64,000 nt of DNA from Candidatus Aenigmatarchaeota archaeon. GTDB lineage: Archaea > Aenigmatarchaeota > Aenigmatarchaeia > CG10238-14. Made by a program: the position numbers and the translations under genes. The DNA lies in the NCBI GenBank assembly GCA_030018415.1, contig JASEGC010000004.1:10470-74469 (forward strand), in the 5' to 3' direction. Positions 55,828 through 64,000 of this stretch are shown here, piece after piece. Position 1 is the stretch's first letter, and each line of letters opens with the position of its first letter. Below the pieces are notes generated by a model that was not told the DNA's origin, did not search any database, and saw nothing but the letters and a program-made list of their open reading frames with translations.

Positions 55828-57048
55828 ATGAGATATAAGTGGAGAGAAGAATTAAAAACATTGAGAGCAAGTTTATTCTACTTTGAACGTTGCTCAGATG
55901 AACTGATTAAAACAGTTGATAACCAGTGGGATGCGATTGAATACATGATATCATGCGTTATTAACAGCAGACTTTTTTGTGCGGGAGGTGGTAGGACTGG
56001 AAAGTCTTTAAAAATACTACCGTATAGAATGAAGAATTTTTTGGGTTATGATGGTAGAACTCGACCATGTACCTACATGATAGGTGAAGACGAAAATATT
56101 CCCAGCCACAGGCATGATGATGTGGGAATCGTTGCCACTGGGTCTGCAACAACGTGGCAAGCAATTCAAGCAATGAAAACTTTAACTGCAAACAAAGTTA
56201 AAACATTCCTCTTAACTTATACTCCCCTCGAAGAAATAAGAGAAAGACAAAAAAAAGAACACATAGAATCTGTTTGGGATTATTTTAGTCAACAAGAAGA
56301 TTATAAGAAGCGTGTTATCTTCCTTCCTATGAGAGAAGCAAGCGAGAAGGATGATAAAAAGAGAGCAACACTTGCTCCTTTGGGTTCAAAATTCGAGATA
56401 AATACTGCTAATTTTTGTACTGGTATGACAGACTGCATTCAAGATTATCACTTGAGATGTGAGGGTTCAGACACAGTTCCACTGAAAACTATGTCATATA
56501 CTCTCAACTACTTTAAAAAGTACCTATCGAACCTTCTCATACCAGGTTGCTATAAGTATCAAGATGAAATCTTTGATTTCGTTAACGACATTATGGAGTC
56601 TAATCATATCAAGATAGTTGCATCAGGAGAAGCTGATATGGTCGGCAGCTGTTTCGTTACTAGACTTGTGCACTGCGGTTTTGACGGTTATCTTAAGAGT
56701 GTACACATGATAAGATCTACAGATTATGGACCTCCTGGTAGCTCTAACATAACATCAGATGACTTAGTCGTAGGACTATCGATAAGTGCAGAAAGTGCAC
56801 ATACACGTGCTATCATGAAGGAGGCCGTGAAAAAAAAAGCCAAAAAGATAGTTTTGATCACTTCCAACCCACATCCTGATTTAGAGGTTGACAAAGTCAT
56901 AATAATTCCTCCTACGTATGCTGGTTACAGAGGGGAGTTGGCTCATCTCGGTCTTTATGTTTTACTTGACGGAGTTATATCTCAAGTAGCTAAGAATAAG
57001 AATATTGACGAAAAAGATATGATAAGATTACACAGTCGATACAGTTAG
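55828..57048 (+). CDS. Double SIS-domain sugar-phosphate-binding/isomerase-like protein (tentative)
   Basis: There are two SIS-like units. The first is RLFCAGGGRTGKSL...GIVATGSATT. The second is IKIVASGEADMVGSCF...LVVGLSISAESAHT...IVLITSN. Confidence 0.45.
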   Translation: MRYKWREELKTLRASLFYFERCSDELIKTVDNQWDAIEYMISCVINSRLFCAGGGRTGKSLKILPYRMKNFLGYDGRTRPCTYMIGEDENIPSHRHDDVGIVATGSATTWQAIQAMKTLTANKVKTFLLTYTPLEEIRERQKKEHIESVWDYFSQQEDYKKRVIFLPMREASEKDDKKRATLAPLGSKFEINTANFCTGMTDCIQDYHLRCEGSDTVPLKTMSYTLNYFKKYLSNLLIPGCYKYQDEIFDFVNDIMESNHIKIVASGEADMVGSCFVTRLVHCGFDGYLKSVHMIRSTDYGPPGSSNITSDDLVVGLSISAESAHTRAIMKEAVKKKAKKIVLITSNPHPDLEVDKVIIIPPTYAGYRGELAHLGLYVLLDGVISQVAKNKNIDEKDMIRLHSRYS

Positions 57049-57117
57049 CGGAAAAACTCTTTAATTTTTCCGACTTACTATTACAATATCTTCAGAATTA
57101 TTTTCATCAAACATTTC

Positions 57118-57867
57118 TTAGACTTTTAATCTGCTCATATGATAATCAGTTTTTCTATCCCAATAAGTTGGTAGTGTTAAACGGCATTTTTCTTCTAATG
57201 GGTAGTGTTCTCTGACACCATATGTCACAAAAAGTGATTCTTCGAGTAGTTTTGGACAATATTTCTTTAAACTTGACTTTAAACAATTTAATGCCTTTTC
57301 TTCCTCTGGCCACACTACTGACATAAAAAATGCTGGTTTGTTAAGACTATAACGGCTATAGTCCCTTTCTTCTAATGCATCTCCTTGGATTGTTCCTAAT
57401 TCAACGCCAGTTCTTTCAGTTATCAGCTTTTGAATATTTACCAATTCCTTAGAATATTCGACACCATAACTTCTTAGGCCGATTGAACTAGCAAAATATT
57501 GTATTCTACCATCACCAGCAAACAAATCCACAACTTCCGTTGCACCTAGGTCTCTTACTACTCTTGGTAATATCATTGCTGTTAGAATCCAAGCTGGCAT
57601 AAAAGGTTGGTCTTTATGCTTAAATCCTTCTGGCTGATTATAACTTACATTCAAGAATCTATGTCTCGAAAAATTAATACAATTATCATATTGTGGTTTT
57701 TTGACAACTGAATTTTCTCTCACAAATTTGATTATATAATCTACATCTTTCGGATGTATATCGAGTTCTGGGATAGACTCCATCGGAATGAGTTCCCCAC
57801 GAATAAGATTATTACTACAGAAATCTACAATATCTGAAACAAAACTTTGTGCATCTTCAATTTCCAT
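57118..57867 (-). CDS. Class I SAM-dependent methyltransferase (substrate unknown)
   Basis: Motif I-like VVDLFAGDGRIQYF followed by an acidic residue (GVEYS). Confidence 0.55.
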   Translation of the reverse strand: MEIEDAQSFVSDIVDFCSNNLIRGELIPMESIPELDIHPKDVDYIIKFVRENSVVKKPQYDNCINFSRHRFLNVSYNQPEGFKHKDQPFMPAWILTAMILPRVVRDLGATEVVDLFAGDGRIQYFASSIGLRSYGVEYSKELVNIQKLITERTGVELGTIQGDALEERDYSRYSLNKPAFFMSVVWPEEEKALNCLKSSLKKYCPKLLEESLFVTYGVREHYPLEEKCRLTLPTYWDRKTDYHMSRLKV

Positions 57868-57901
57868 ATTTAGAACAAGGATGAAGTTAATTATATAAAC
57901 T

Positions 57902-57988
57902 TTATCCTGTCCAAACTTTTGCTTCTCTCAACTGTTTCAAGTCATTCCAGTACATCTCACGTATATCCTGTATGTTGTAATTGACCAT
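57902..57988 (-). pseudogene. Relic copy of the last 28 codons of pheS
   Basis: It translates to MVNYNIQDIREMYWNDLKQLREAKVWTG-stop. The functional PheS C-terminus is MINYGIEDIRMLYWNDLDHLRKAKIWLK-stop. 17 of 29 aligned positions are identical, the stops align, and a 12-nt block gtcattccagta is shared. Confidence 0.75.
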
Positions 57989-57991
57989 TTT

Positions 57992-58258
57992 TTATTCTGG
58001 CAACATCCAACAAGAACTATCACTATTGAAATTGTAAAAAGACTTTTCTTTTATTAAAATCTTCAATCTACATAACACTCTGATATAAGTTGACGTTGTT
58101 CTTTTCTTAATTTTTAACCGTTTAGCTAAATCATTAGCGGTGAATTTTTTCATTCGTCTTGATACATTTATAACTCTTTTGATTTTCGATCTAGGAAATA
58201 ATTTAGCTATCTCATCTACTCCAACACGAAATGAATTGATGTTACTTTTTTTCAACAA
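57992..58258 (-). CDS. HTH DNA-binding ORF, probably the former C-terminal domain of the LAGLIDADG protein
   Basis: The HTH pattern is FTANDLAKRLKIKKRTTSTYIRVLCRLKILI. It is in the same frame as the upstream LAGLIDADG fragment, separated only by a TAG, and in the same frame as the pheS relic, separated by TAA-AAA. Confidence 0.5.
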   Translation of the reverse strand: MLKKSNINSFRVGVDEIAKLFPRSKIKRVINVSRRMKKFTANDLAKRLKIKKRTTSTYIRVLCRLKILIKEKSFYNFNSDSSCWMLPE

Positions 58259-58315
58259 TTTTAGACAAATCTTTGTTCTAAACCATTTATCACTTCCACT
58301 TTCAAAGTATTTCAG

Positions 58316-58824
58316 CTATTTTTTATTTTCACCTATGCCTTTAACACTGTAAAATTCTCCCTTCTTTTTGATACACACATTGAGATTGTCTCTCTTTAGA
58401 ATATCATAGATCGATTCTGCGAGTTTTTTACTTCTAACAAATAAATCTTGGGTAAAATCAATTCCTATTGATCCATCAGATGTCAAAACACCTGTAGCGA
58501 AGGCCCTTCTCATACTTTTAGATGAGTTTTTTATGATTCCTGGCTCTTCTCCAATGTGAGGTTTATTTCCATAAGGAATTCCGAAAATTTTTGTAAAAAC
58601 CTGTATGAGTTCCATTCCCCTGAATTTCTCTTAATTATCAAATTGCCATCAGCTAAGTGAGCTCCCATTATTTTAGCTAAAGGAATCGTTAATTCTTTGA
58701 CAGCTTTTGCTCTATTTCCACCGCCAATATTCGTCGATAAGTATTCAACATTTTCCATAATTTTTTGTTTAATTTTATCTAATTCTTCTTCATTCACATT
58801 ACATACATCTTTGTATGTGTCCAA
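58316..58824 (-). pseudogene. Double-motif LAGLIDADG homing endonuclease gene, frameshifted
   Basis: Motif 1 is LAKIMGAHLADGNL (fragment 58531..58824). Motif 2 is RRAFATGVLTSDGSI (fragment 58316..58615). The two frames overlap around a C4 run (58617-58620). Confidence 0.75.
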
Positions 58825-58991
58825 TATCTTAATAACGACTGGTATGGGTACAGGGATATCCCGTTAAATAGGTTATAAATGCATGAATTTAATCTACTGT
58901 ATGATTTATAATTCAGTAAACTAGCTAACGTATGAGTTGTGATGAACGTTGAAAAGAAATAAGAATAATAGCGATCTAGAGTGAAAGAATC

Positions 58992-60515
58992 TTATTTTAG
59001 CCAGATTTTTGCTTTTCTGAGATGATCTAGGTCATTCCAGTAAAGCATACGAATATCTTCGATGCCATAGTTGATCATTACTAATCTCTCGAAACCAGGA
59101 CCCCATGCCAAGACAGGAATATCTTTTCCAAGTAGTGGTTTAACTACTTCTGGTCTGAACATGCCAGCACCACCTAATTCTACCCACTTTTTATGAGTAG
59201 GATGAAATACCTCTATCTCAGTCGACATTTCTGTGTATGGAAAGTAAGAGGGTCTAAATCTCGCTTTAGGGAAACCCAACTTCGTGAAAAATGTCTTCAA
59301 ATATCCTAATAAATGACGGAAAGTAACTTCTTCTCCAACAACAATACCATCAGTTTGATAGAATTCTGCTAAGTGTTGCCAATCTAAAGTCTCGTTTCTG
59401 AAACATCTACCGACAGAGAAATATTTTGCAGGTAAAGCTTCTTTATCAAGATCTTCTCTAAGTTTTGCCAGAGTTCGGGCTGATAATGACGTTGTATGCG
59501 TTCTCAAGATACACTCTTTTGATAATTCAGTATCCCATCTATACTGCCAGCCAGTGGAATTACAAGTCCACCCATACTCATGCGTGGCTTGAACTGCTTT
59601 CACTATTTCATCTCCTGGTAACTTTCCTTTTTCAGGTGTCTTCATGTAGAAAGTATCAGCCAAATCTCTTGCAGGATGATCGGCAGGTACATAAAGAGCA
59701 TCGAAATTCCAAAAAGAAATTTCTAAGATAGGACCAGTCATCTCTTTGAAGCCCATCTCGAGCCAGATTTGTCTTATGTATTCGATGACCTGAGTCATGT
59801 AGTGTTTCTTGCCTGGGTATACGTTCGCAGATGGTATAGAGATATCGTAAGGTCTCATAGGTTTTTTTCTCCACTCTTTAGAGATGATCATCTCAGGAGT
59901 CAACTGTCCGATTTCTTCTTTTATCTTAACTTTTGGTGAAATCTTCTTTCCTAAATCTGTCAAGGAGATGAATTTCTTACTTTCGATTCTTTTCTTTATC
60001 AAACCTCTCTTTTGAAGTTTGTTTAGAACATTTCCATCGAATTCATCAGAACGCTTCCTTCCAGATGCCAAGGCAGAGATGACCTTTTCTTCTGGTGTTT
60101 TTTTGGTCAAAACACTCTTTCCTTTACCTGTGATGTACAAGAATCCTTTTTTGATGTCAACCCAACCATTACTCTTAACCCAGACCAAACCGATAGAGAA
60201 TTTTTTCACTTTTTTTCTGAGATTCTCTATACTTCTCTCGCCTCTACTCACAAGAGTTATCAGATTTCTCTCTGGTAAACCATCTTTCAGGTATTCTAAT
60301 CCTTCTTTTGTCAGTTCAACGAACTCAGAGATATCTTCTTTTATGTTGACTGCGCCTTTAACTTTAGCCCAGAGCAAAGCCTTTTCTATCGCATCTTTAA
60401 CTAACCCAGTCTCTACTTCCAATTCTTGAACAGTAGCAGTCCCTTTATCCTCTAAAACCTTTATAATCCTCTTTTCATTCTCGTGTAATTTTTTAATTAT
60501 CTTTTCATCTGTCAT
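58992..60515 (-). CDS. pheS: Phenylalanyl-tRNA synthetase alpha subunit (archaeal)
   Basis: Class II motif 2 is GRCFRNETLD...H and motif 3 is GAGMFRPEV...GFERLVM. wHTH repeats are at the N-terminus. Confidence 0.95.
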   Translation of the reverse strand: MTDEKIIKKLHENEKRIIKVLEDKGTATVQELEVETGLVKDAIEKALLWAKVKGAVNIKEDISEFVELTKEGLEYLKDGLPERNLITLVSRGERSIENLRKKVKKFSIGLVWVKSNGWVDIKKGFLYITGKGKSVLTKKTPEEKVISALASGRKRSDEFDGNVLNKLQKRGLIKKRIESKKFISLTDLGKKISPKVKIKEEIGQLTPEMIISKEWRKKPMRPYDISIPSANVYPGKKHYMTQVIEYIRQIWLEMGFKEMTGPILEISFWNFDALYVPADHPARDLADTFYMKTPEKGKLPGDEIVKAVQATHEYGWTCNSTGWQYRWDTELSKECILRTHTTSLSARTLAKLREDLDKEALPAKYFSVGRCFRNETLDWQHLAEFYQTDGIVVGEEVTFRHLLGYLKTFFTKLGFPKARFRPSYFPYTEMSTEIEVFHPTHKKWVELGGAGMFRPEVVKPLLGKDIPVLAWGPGFERLVMINYGIEDIRMLYWNDLDHLRKAKIWLK

Positions 60516-60556
60516 AAACTTTCTTGATCAAAATTAGAATTTGGAAATACAAAAAC

Positions 60557-61858
60557 CTATTTCATAACATTCTTTAATTTAATTACAGCATTCTTTCCAG
60601 ATAGTATTGCTTTATCCATGTTGAGATATTCCCACTCACCAAACCTACCTACTGGTATTATATTTTTCTCTTTTAGGAATTTATGGATTATTTCAACATT
60701 TTTTTTGTGTTTTAAATCATGGATGACATAGGCATATCTAAAATAAGAAGCATCACAAACATCTATTTCATCATTTTCCTTCAAAATATCAGCATCGATT
60801 AAACCATTTATAACTCGCTCTTTTATTCCCTCTAGATCAATCCTGCTATTTTTCTCATACGTTATTTCTACGAGTATCGAACTTTTACCTTTCGGTGTTG
60901 TAAACCTAGAAAAATTCATAGGAAAGCTAATGCGGTTGAAAATAATTTTTTTTTCAGGGAAATAAACCCAGTGCTTGTCCGAAATTCCAGCTCTTTTTAT
61001 GCCAATGTTAATGCAAACTAAAGAATTATGAACTAAAGCTTCAGATACTTTAATAACCTCTTCCGAGGCATCATCAAACATCTTTATGATATCAGGTAAT
61101 GGTAAAGTTGATACAACATGCTTTACATTCATTTTTTTGGTTTTTTTATCTTTTTCGTATCCTATCTCCACCTCGTCTTTTTTGTGTTTAATTCGAGTAA
61201 CTTTCGAGTTTAAAGACAAACGTAATTTATTTGAAAAAGCTTTCACTATAGCTCCCATTCCTCCAACCTTTGGGTATAAAAATTGAGCATTAGGACCGAA
61301 TTCCTTATCTTGTTGCCCAGAAGCACCTTTTTTTATTTCTTCTACTGTCGGTGCAGGGACTCTACCAGAAATCCAGTCTAAACTAATCTCTGACAAATCA
61401 TACTTCCACATCTTCTCGTTGTAGGGAATGAGATAATGTTCTGCAATACCCCTTCCAAAAGTAGCATAAATCCATTCTTTAAAATTTTTAGGTTCTTTAT
61501 CATCTCTATTCAACATACTGTCAATACATTCTGATATCACATCTCCTGGCAGAACACTCAAATTTGCCTCAAAAGGGTATTTTACGTAAACATTGTTCAA
61601 GTAAATGTACGCTCTTCTATCTTGTTGAATCAAATTATTTCCGAGTAGTTTGTTAATGAGTGATAAAACATATTCATTTTGCGTGAAAAAAACATGTGGT
61701 GCGTAATCAAAAGTGTAACCTTTGATTTGAGTGCTTCTACACAAGCCACCTGCTTGATTCTCTTTCTCTAGGATCAAATAGTTATTGCCATTCAAATGAT
61801 ATGCAGCACTTAACCCAGCTAATCCACCACCGAGTATGGCTATCATCATATGATTCAT
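60557..61858 (-). CDS. FAD-dependent oxidoreductase, UDP-galactopyranose mutase/amine-oxidase-like
   Basis: Dinucleotide-binding IAILGGGLAGLSAAYHL and C-terminal GRFGEWEYLNMDKAI. Confidence 0.6.
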   Translation of the reverse strand: MNHMMIAILGGGLAGLSAAYHLNGNNYLILEKENQAGGLCRSTQIKGYTFDYAPHVFFTQNEYVLSLINKLLGNNLIQQDRRAYIYLNNVYVKYPFEANLSVLPGDVISECIDSMLNRDDKEPKNFKEWIYATFGRGIAEHYLIPYNEKMWKYDLSEISLDWISGRVPAPTVEEIKKGASGQQDKEFGPNAQFLYPKVGGMGAIVKAFSNKLRLSLNSKVTRIKHKKDEVEIGYEKDKKTKKMNVKHVVSTLPLPDIIKMFDDASEEVIKVSEALVHNSLVCINIGIKRAGISDKHWVYFPEKKIIFNRISFPMNFSRFTTPKGKSSILVEITYEKNSRIDLEGIKERVINGLIDADILKENDEIDVCDASYFRYAYVIHDLKHKKNVEIIHKFLKEKNIIPVGRFGEWEYLNMDKAILSGKNAVIKLKNVMK

Positions 61859-61873
61859 CTGAAAGATTCAAAA

Positions 61874-62563
61874 TCATCGGATTGCTTTATAATTTTTAAA
61901 ACCTTTTCCTGTCAATTTGTAATAGAAGAAAAAAGCAATCCAATAGATTGTCCAATAAGCACTGCTTTTTTCAAATCTTCTCATGTCAGTCAAAGCAAAT
62001 GTATCAGTACAAAATACACTTTTGCCGACCTTGCTTATCCTCTGAGTGAAATCAATATCATCACCTGCACTCAAGTCTTCTCGAAAACCGTTGATCTTAT
62101 CAAAAGCAGATTTACGAACCATGATACATGCTCCACAGAAAATAGGTCTTTTATACTTGTTTAATGTTTTTGGTATGAACTCCCATCCAATTTTCGTGAG
62201 TACATAGTGTTTGAACTTCATTTGTAGAGGGTATAGGGGTAGAGAGGCAATAACAACTCTTTTTTTGTTAAATTCTTTAGAGAGTTTTTCTATCACATTT
62301 GGCAATAAAAGTGTATCGGCATCGAGGAACAATAACAATTCAGAACTAGCTTTAGAAGCTCCAATATTCCTTGCTTGAGCAATGTTTGATTTTGATTTAA
62401 TGACTTTTGCATATTTTCTTGCTATCTCCACTGTTCTATCTTTGCTGAAGTTATCCACAACCAAAATTTCCTTGGGGGATTTTGTTTGTGACCTAACTGC
62501 CAATAAAGTAGTTTCGATGCTTTTTCCCTCATTGTAAGTTGGTATGATTACTGAGACATCCAT
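61874..62563 (-). CDS. GT2-family glycosyltransferase
   Basis: Motifs VSVIIPTYNE and FLDADT (DxD), 229 aa. Confidence 0.85.
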   Translation of the reverse strand: MDVSVIIPTYNEGKSIETTLLAVRSQTKSPKEILVVDNFSKDRTVEIARKYAKVIKSKSNIAQARNIGASKASSELLLFLDADTLLLPNVIEKLSKEFNKKRVVIASLPLYPLQMKFKHYVLTKIGWEFIPKTLNKYKRPIFCGACIMVRKSAFDKINGFREDLSAGDDIDFTQRISKVGKSVFCTDTFALTDMRRFEKSSAYWTIYWIAFFFYYKLTGKGFKNYKAIR

Positions 62564-62647
62564 GTTATATTCATTTAGTATAAATAATTTAAAAACTCAT
62601 ATTCTTTTAAACTAACACTTATTAACGTGTCGGTATACCATATCTCT

Positions 62648-62898
62648 ATGTTAATCGAATTACTAGATGAGAAAATCTTTTTTCCATTACGATTTAAATG
62701 GTTAACTGAAATTTTGAAGCCCCTTTTGAAAGATTCAAAAAATATTAGATATTGGTACGTCTTGTGGAAGATTAGCTTACATTCTGTTAAAACATGCTGA
62801 CTATATTGGCAACAAGCCGTATGGCATTACCATATAACTTTAAGAACCCAAACAATGGAATAGATTATTTAATCAAAATAATCTCAAACTCCTCTTAA
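62648..62898 (+). pseudogene. SAM-methyltransferase relic
   Basis: MLIELLDEKIFFPLRFKWLTEILKPLLKDSKN, then, in another frame, ILDIGTSCGRLAYILLKHADYIG (motif I), followed by stops. Nothing resembling the rest of the fold follows. Confidence 0.4.
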
Positions 62899-63053
62899 TG
62901 AAAAAATTCAGGTTTGTTTGATTTTTTGTACTTTGCGATTACATTTGATGGATATTAACCAGATTATGGATGTTGGGTTGTTTGTTATTATCTACTTTAG
63001 TGAGTACCTTTTTGGCATGAATTATTTAAACTTGTGATAATGAAAATCTGTCA

Positions 63054-64000
63054 TGAAAATCAATTTTCTTGTGGAAAATTTTGGATATTTTAAGTACTTA
63101 GGTAGTTATACTGCGAGTGTAAATCTTGCTAATGCTTTAAAAAAAAGAGGGATTGATGTTCAGTTTAACACAAGTAATCAAGGATTCGATATAGTTCATG
63201 CTCATACTTTTGGTCCGTTAGTCTTAAAGAGATTTATAGGTAGAAAGGAGGTTTTTGTTCTAACCGCTCATTCCATACCCTCTGTTAATGTAGGAAATGT
63301 AATCGGAGGACAAAAACTATGGAATTTTGTTTATCGAAAAATTTACAATCTTTTCGACCATATAATTGCTCCTACTAATTTTTCAAAAAATGAATTGGAA
63401 TCCATGGGGATACATAAGGAAATTACAGTGATTCCTAACCTTATCTACTCAGAAAATTTTAGATTCGATGAAGAAAAAAGGCAAAGATTCAGAAATTCGA
63501 ATAGTATAAGTGATGACGATATTTTAGTTTTGATGGTTGGCCAAAAAACACCAAGAAAGGGTGTCTACGATTTCATAGAGATTGCAAAAAATCTTCCTGA
63601 GTTTAAGTTTATTTGGGTTGGAGGTATACCATATAAATACTTCTCATCAGATTACAACAGAATTAGAAGAGTAACTAATCGAAAAACAAATAACCTTAAG
63701 TTCCTTGGTTTTGTGAAAGATATAACAGAAGCTTATTGTGGAGCTGATATTTTTCTCTTTCCTTCTTATGCAGAAATTTTCAGTTTGGTACCGTTGGAAG
63801 CTAGTTCTATCGGTTTACCTATATTGATGAGAAAACTTAAAGTATATGAAGAGGTTTATGGAAATTTGCCAGCTTATTGTTCTAACATTACAGAATTTAT
63901 TCAGACTTTAAAACAACTTGAGAATGAGAATACCAGAAAAAAATTGGCAAAATCCTGCAAAAAAATCTCTATAAAGTATTCAGACAACAATGTTGTTGGA
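63054..64000 (+). CDS. GT4-family (GT-B) glycosyltransferase, 3' end cut by the window edge
   Basis: Not in the ORF track because no stop occurs before the edge. Read by eye: MKINFLVENFGYF...DIVHAHTFGP...LVLMVGQKTPRKG...FLFPSYAEIFSLVPLEASSIGLPIL (E-x7-E region). Confidence 0.75.

Larger units (their letters stand above)
57989..58991 (-). mobile_element. Homing-endonuclease cassette inserted at the 3' end of pheS. The left boundary is defined by the relic pheS tail. The right boundary probably lies inside the present pheS tail, up to ~59080.
   Basis: On the minus strand the order is: intact pheS, a 167-nt spacer, the LAGLIDADG ORF, the HTH ORF, then the duplicated and diverged pheS tail. Confidence 0.55.

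Noticed and set aside
57902-59080. Intein in PheS as an explanation for the LAGLIDADG sequence
   Set aside because: The endonuclease lies after the pheS stop codon and in a different frame from pheS. There is no Cys/Ser at an N-extein junction and no His-Asn followed by Cys/Ser/Thr at the relic junction (..CWMLPE-stop-K-MVNY).

Overview
This is a visibly AT-rich archaeal chromosomal segment. The archaeal assignment rests on aRF1, archaeal-type LeuRS/ValRS/PheRS alpha and beta, a four-subunit pyruvate/2-oxoacid:ferredoxin oxidoreductase, the HMG-CoA synthase/thiolase/DUF35 trio, RtcA and a beta-CASP RNase. The compact gene set, the many small membrane proteins and a huge sequon-rich surface protein suggest a small-genome, possibly DPANN-like archaeon; that is inference only. 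Most of the window is housekeeping: translation, amino-acid aminotransferases, two MinD/ParA ATPases, a VapBC pair, an SBP-less ABC importer, an Hsp20 pair and a glycosylation cluster at the right edge.

Five things stand out.
1. porA is interrupted by exactly 31 nt (25655-25685). This insert folds into a relaxed bulge-helix-bulge motif, and cutting by the standard BHB rule restores the conserved YPITPQ|THIVEEL junction. It is a candidate endonuclease-spliced intron inside a protein-coding gene.
2. A tRNA-Arg(TCT) gene carries a ~15-nt non-canonical intron in the D-loop with the same helix and bulge geometry.
3. A decaying LAGLIDADG homing-endonuclease cassette sits immediately after pheS and is followed by a diverged relic copy of the last 28 pheS codons. 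This looks like a 3'-end gene invasion with target-tail duplication.
4. A window-edge giant protein fuses a glycosylation-sequon-rich ectodomain, through one TM helix, to a cytoplasmic HerA/FtsK-like ATPase. A coiled-coil partner ORF follows it.
5. Gene relics are unusually dense: CN-hydrolase, a possible ATP-grasp, a Yip1-like paralog, a methyltransferase and wHTH fragments. Some lesions sit on homopolymer tracts and need read-level verification.

No CRISPR array, rRNA or obvious prophage was seen. All functional calls come from motif recognition by eye, not database searches.
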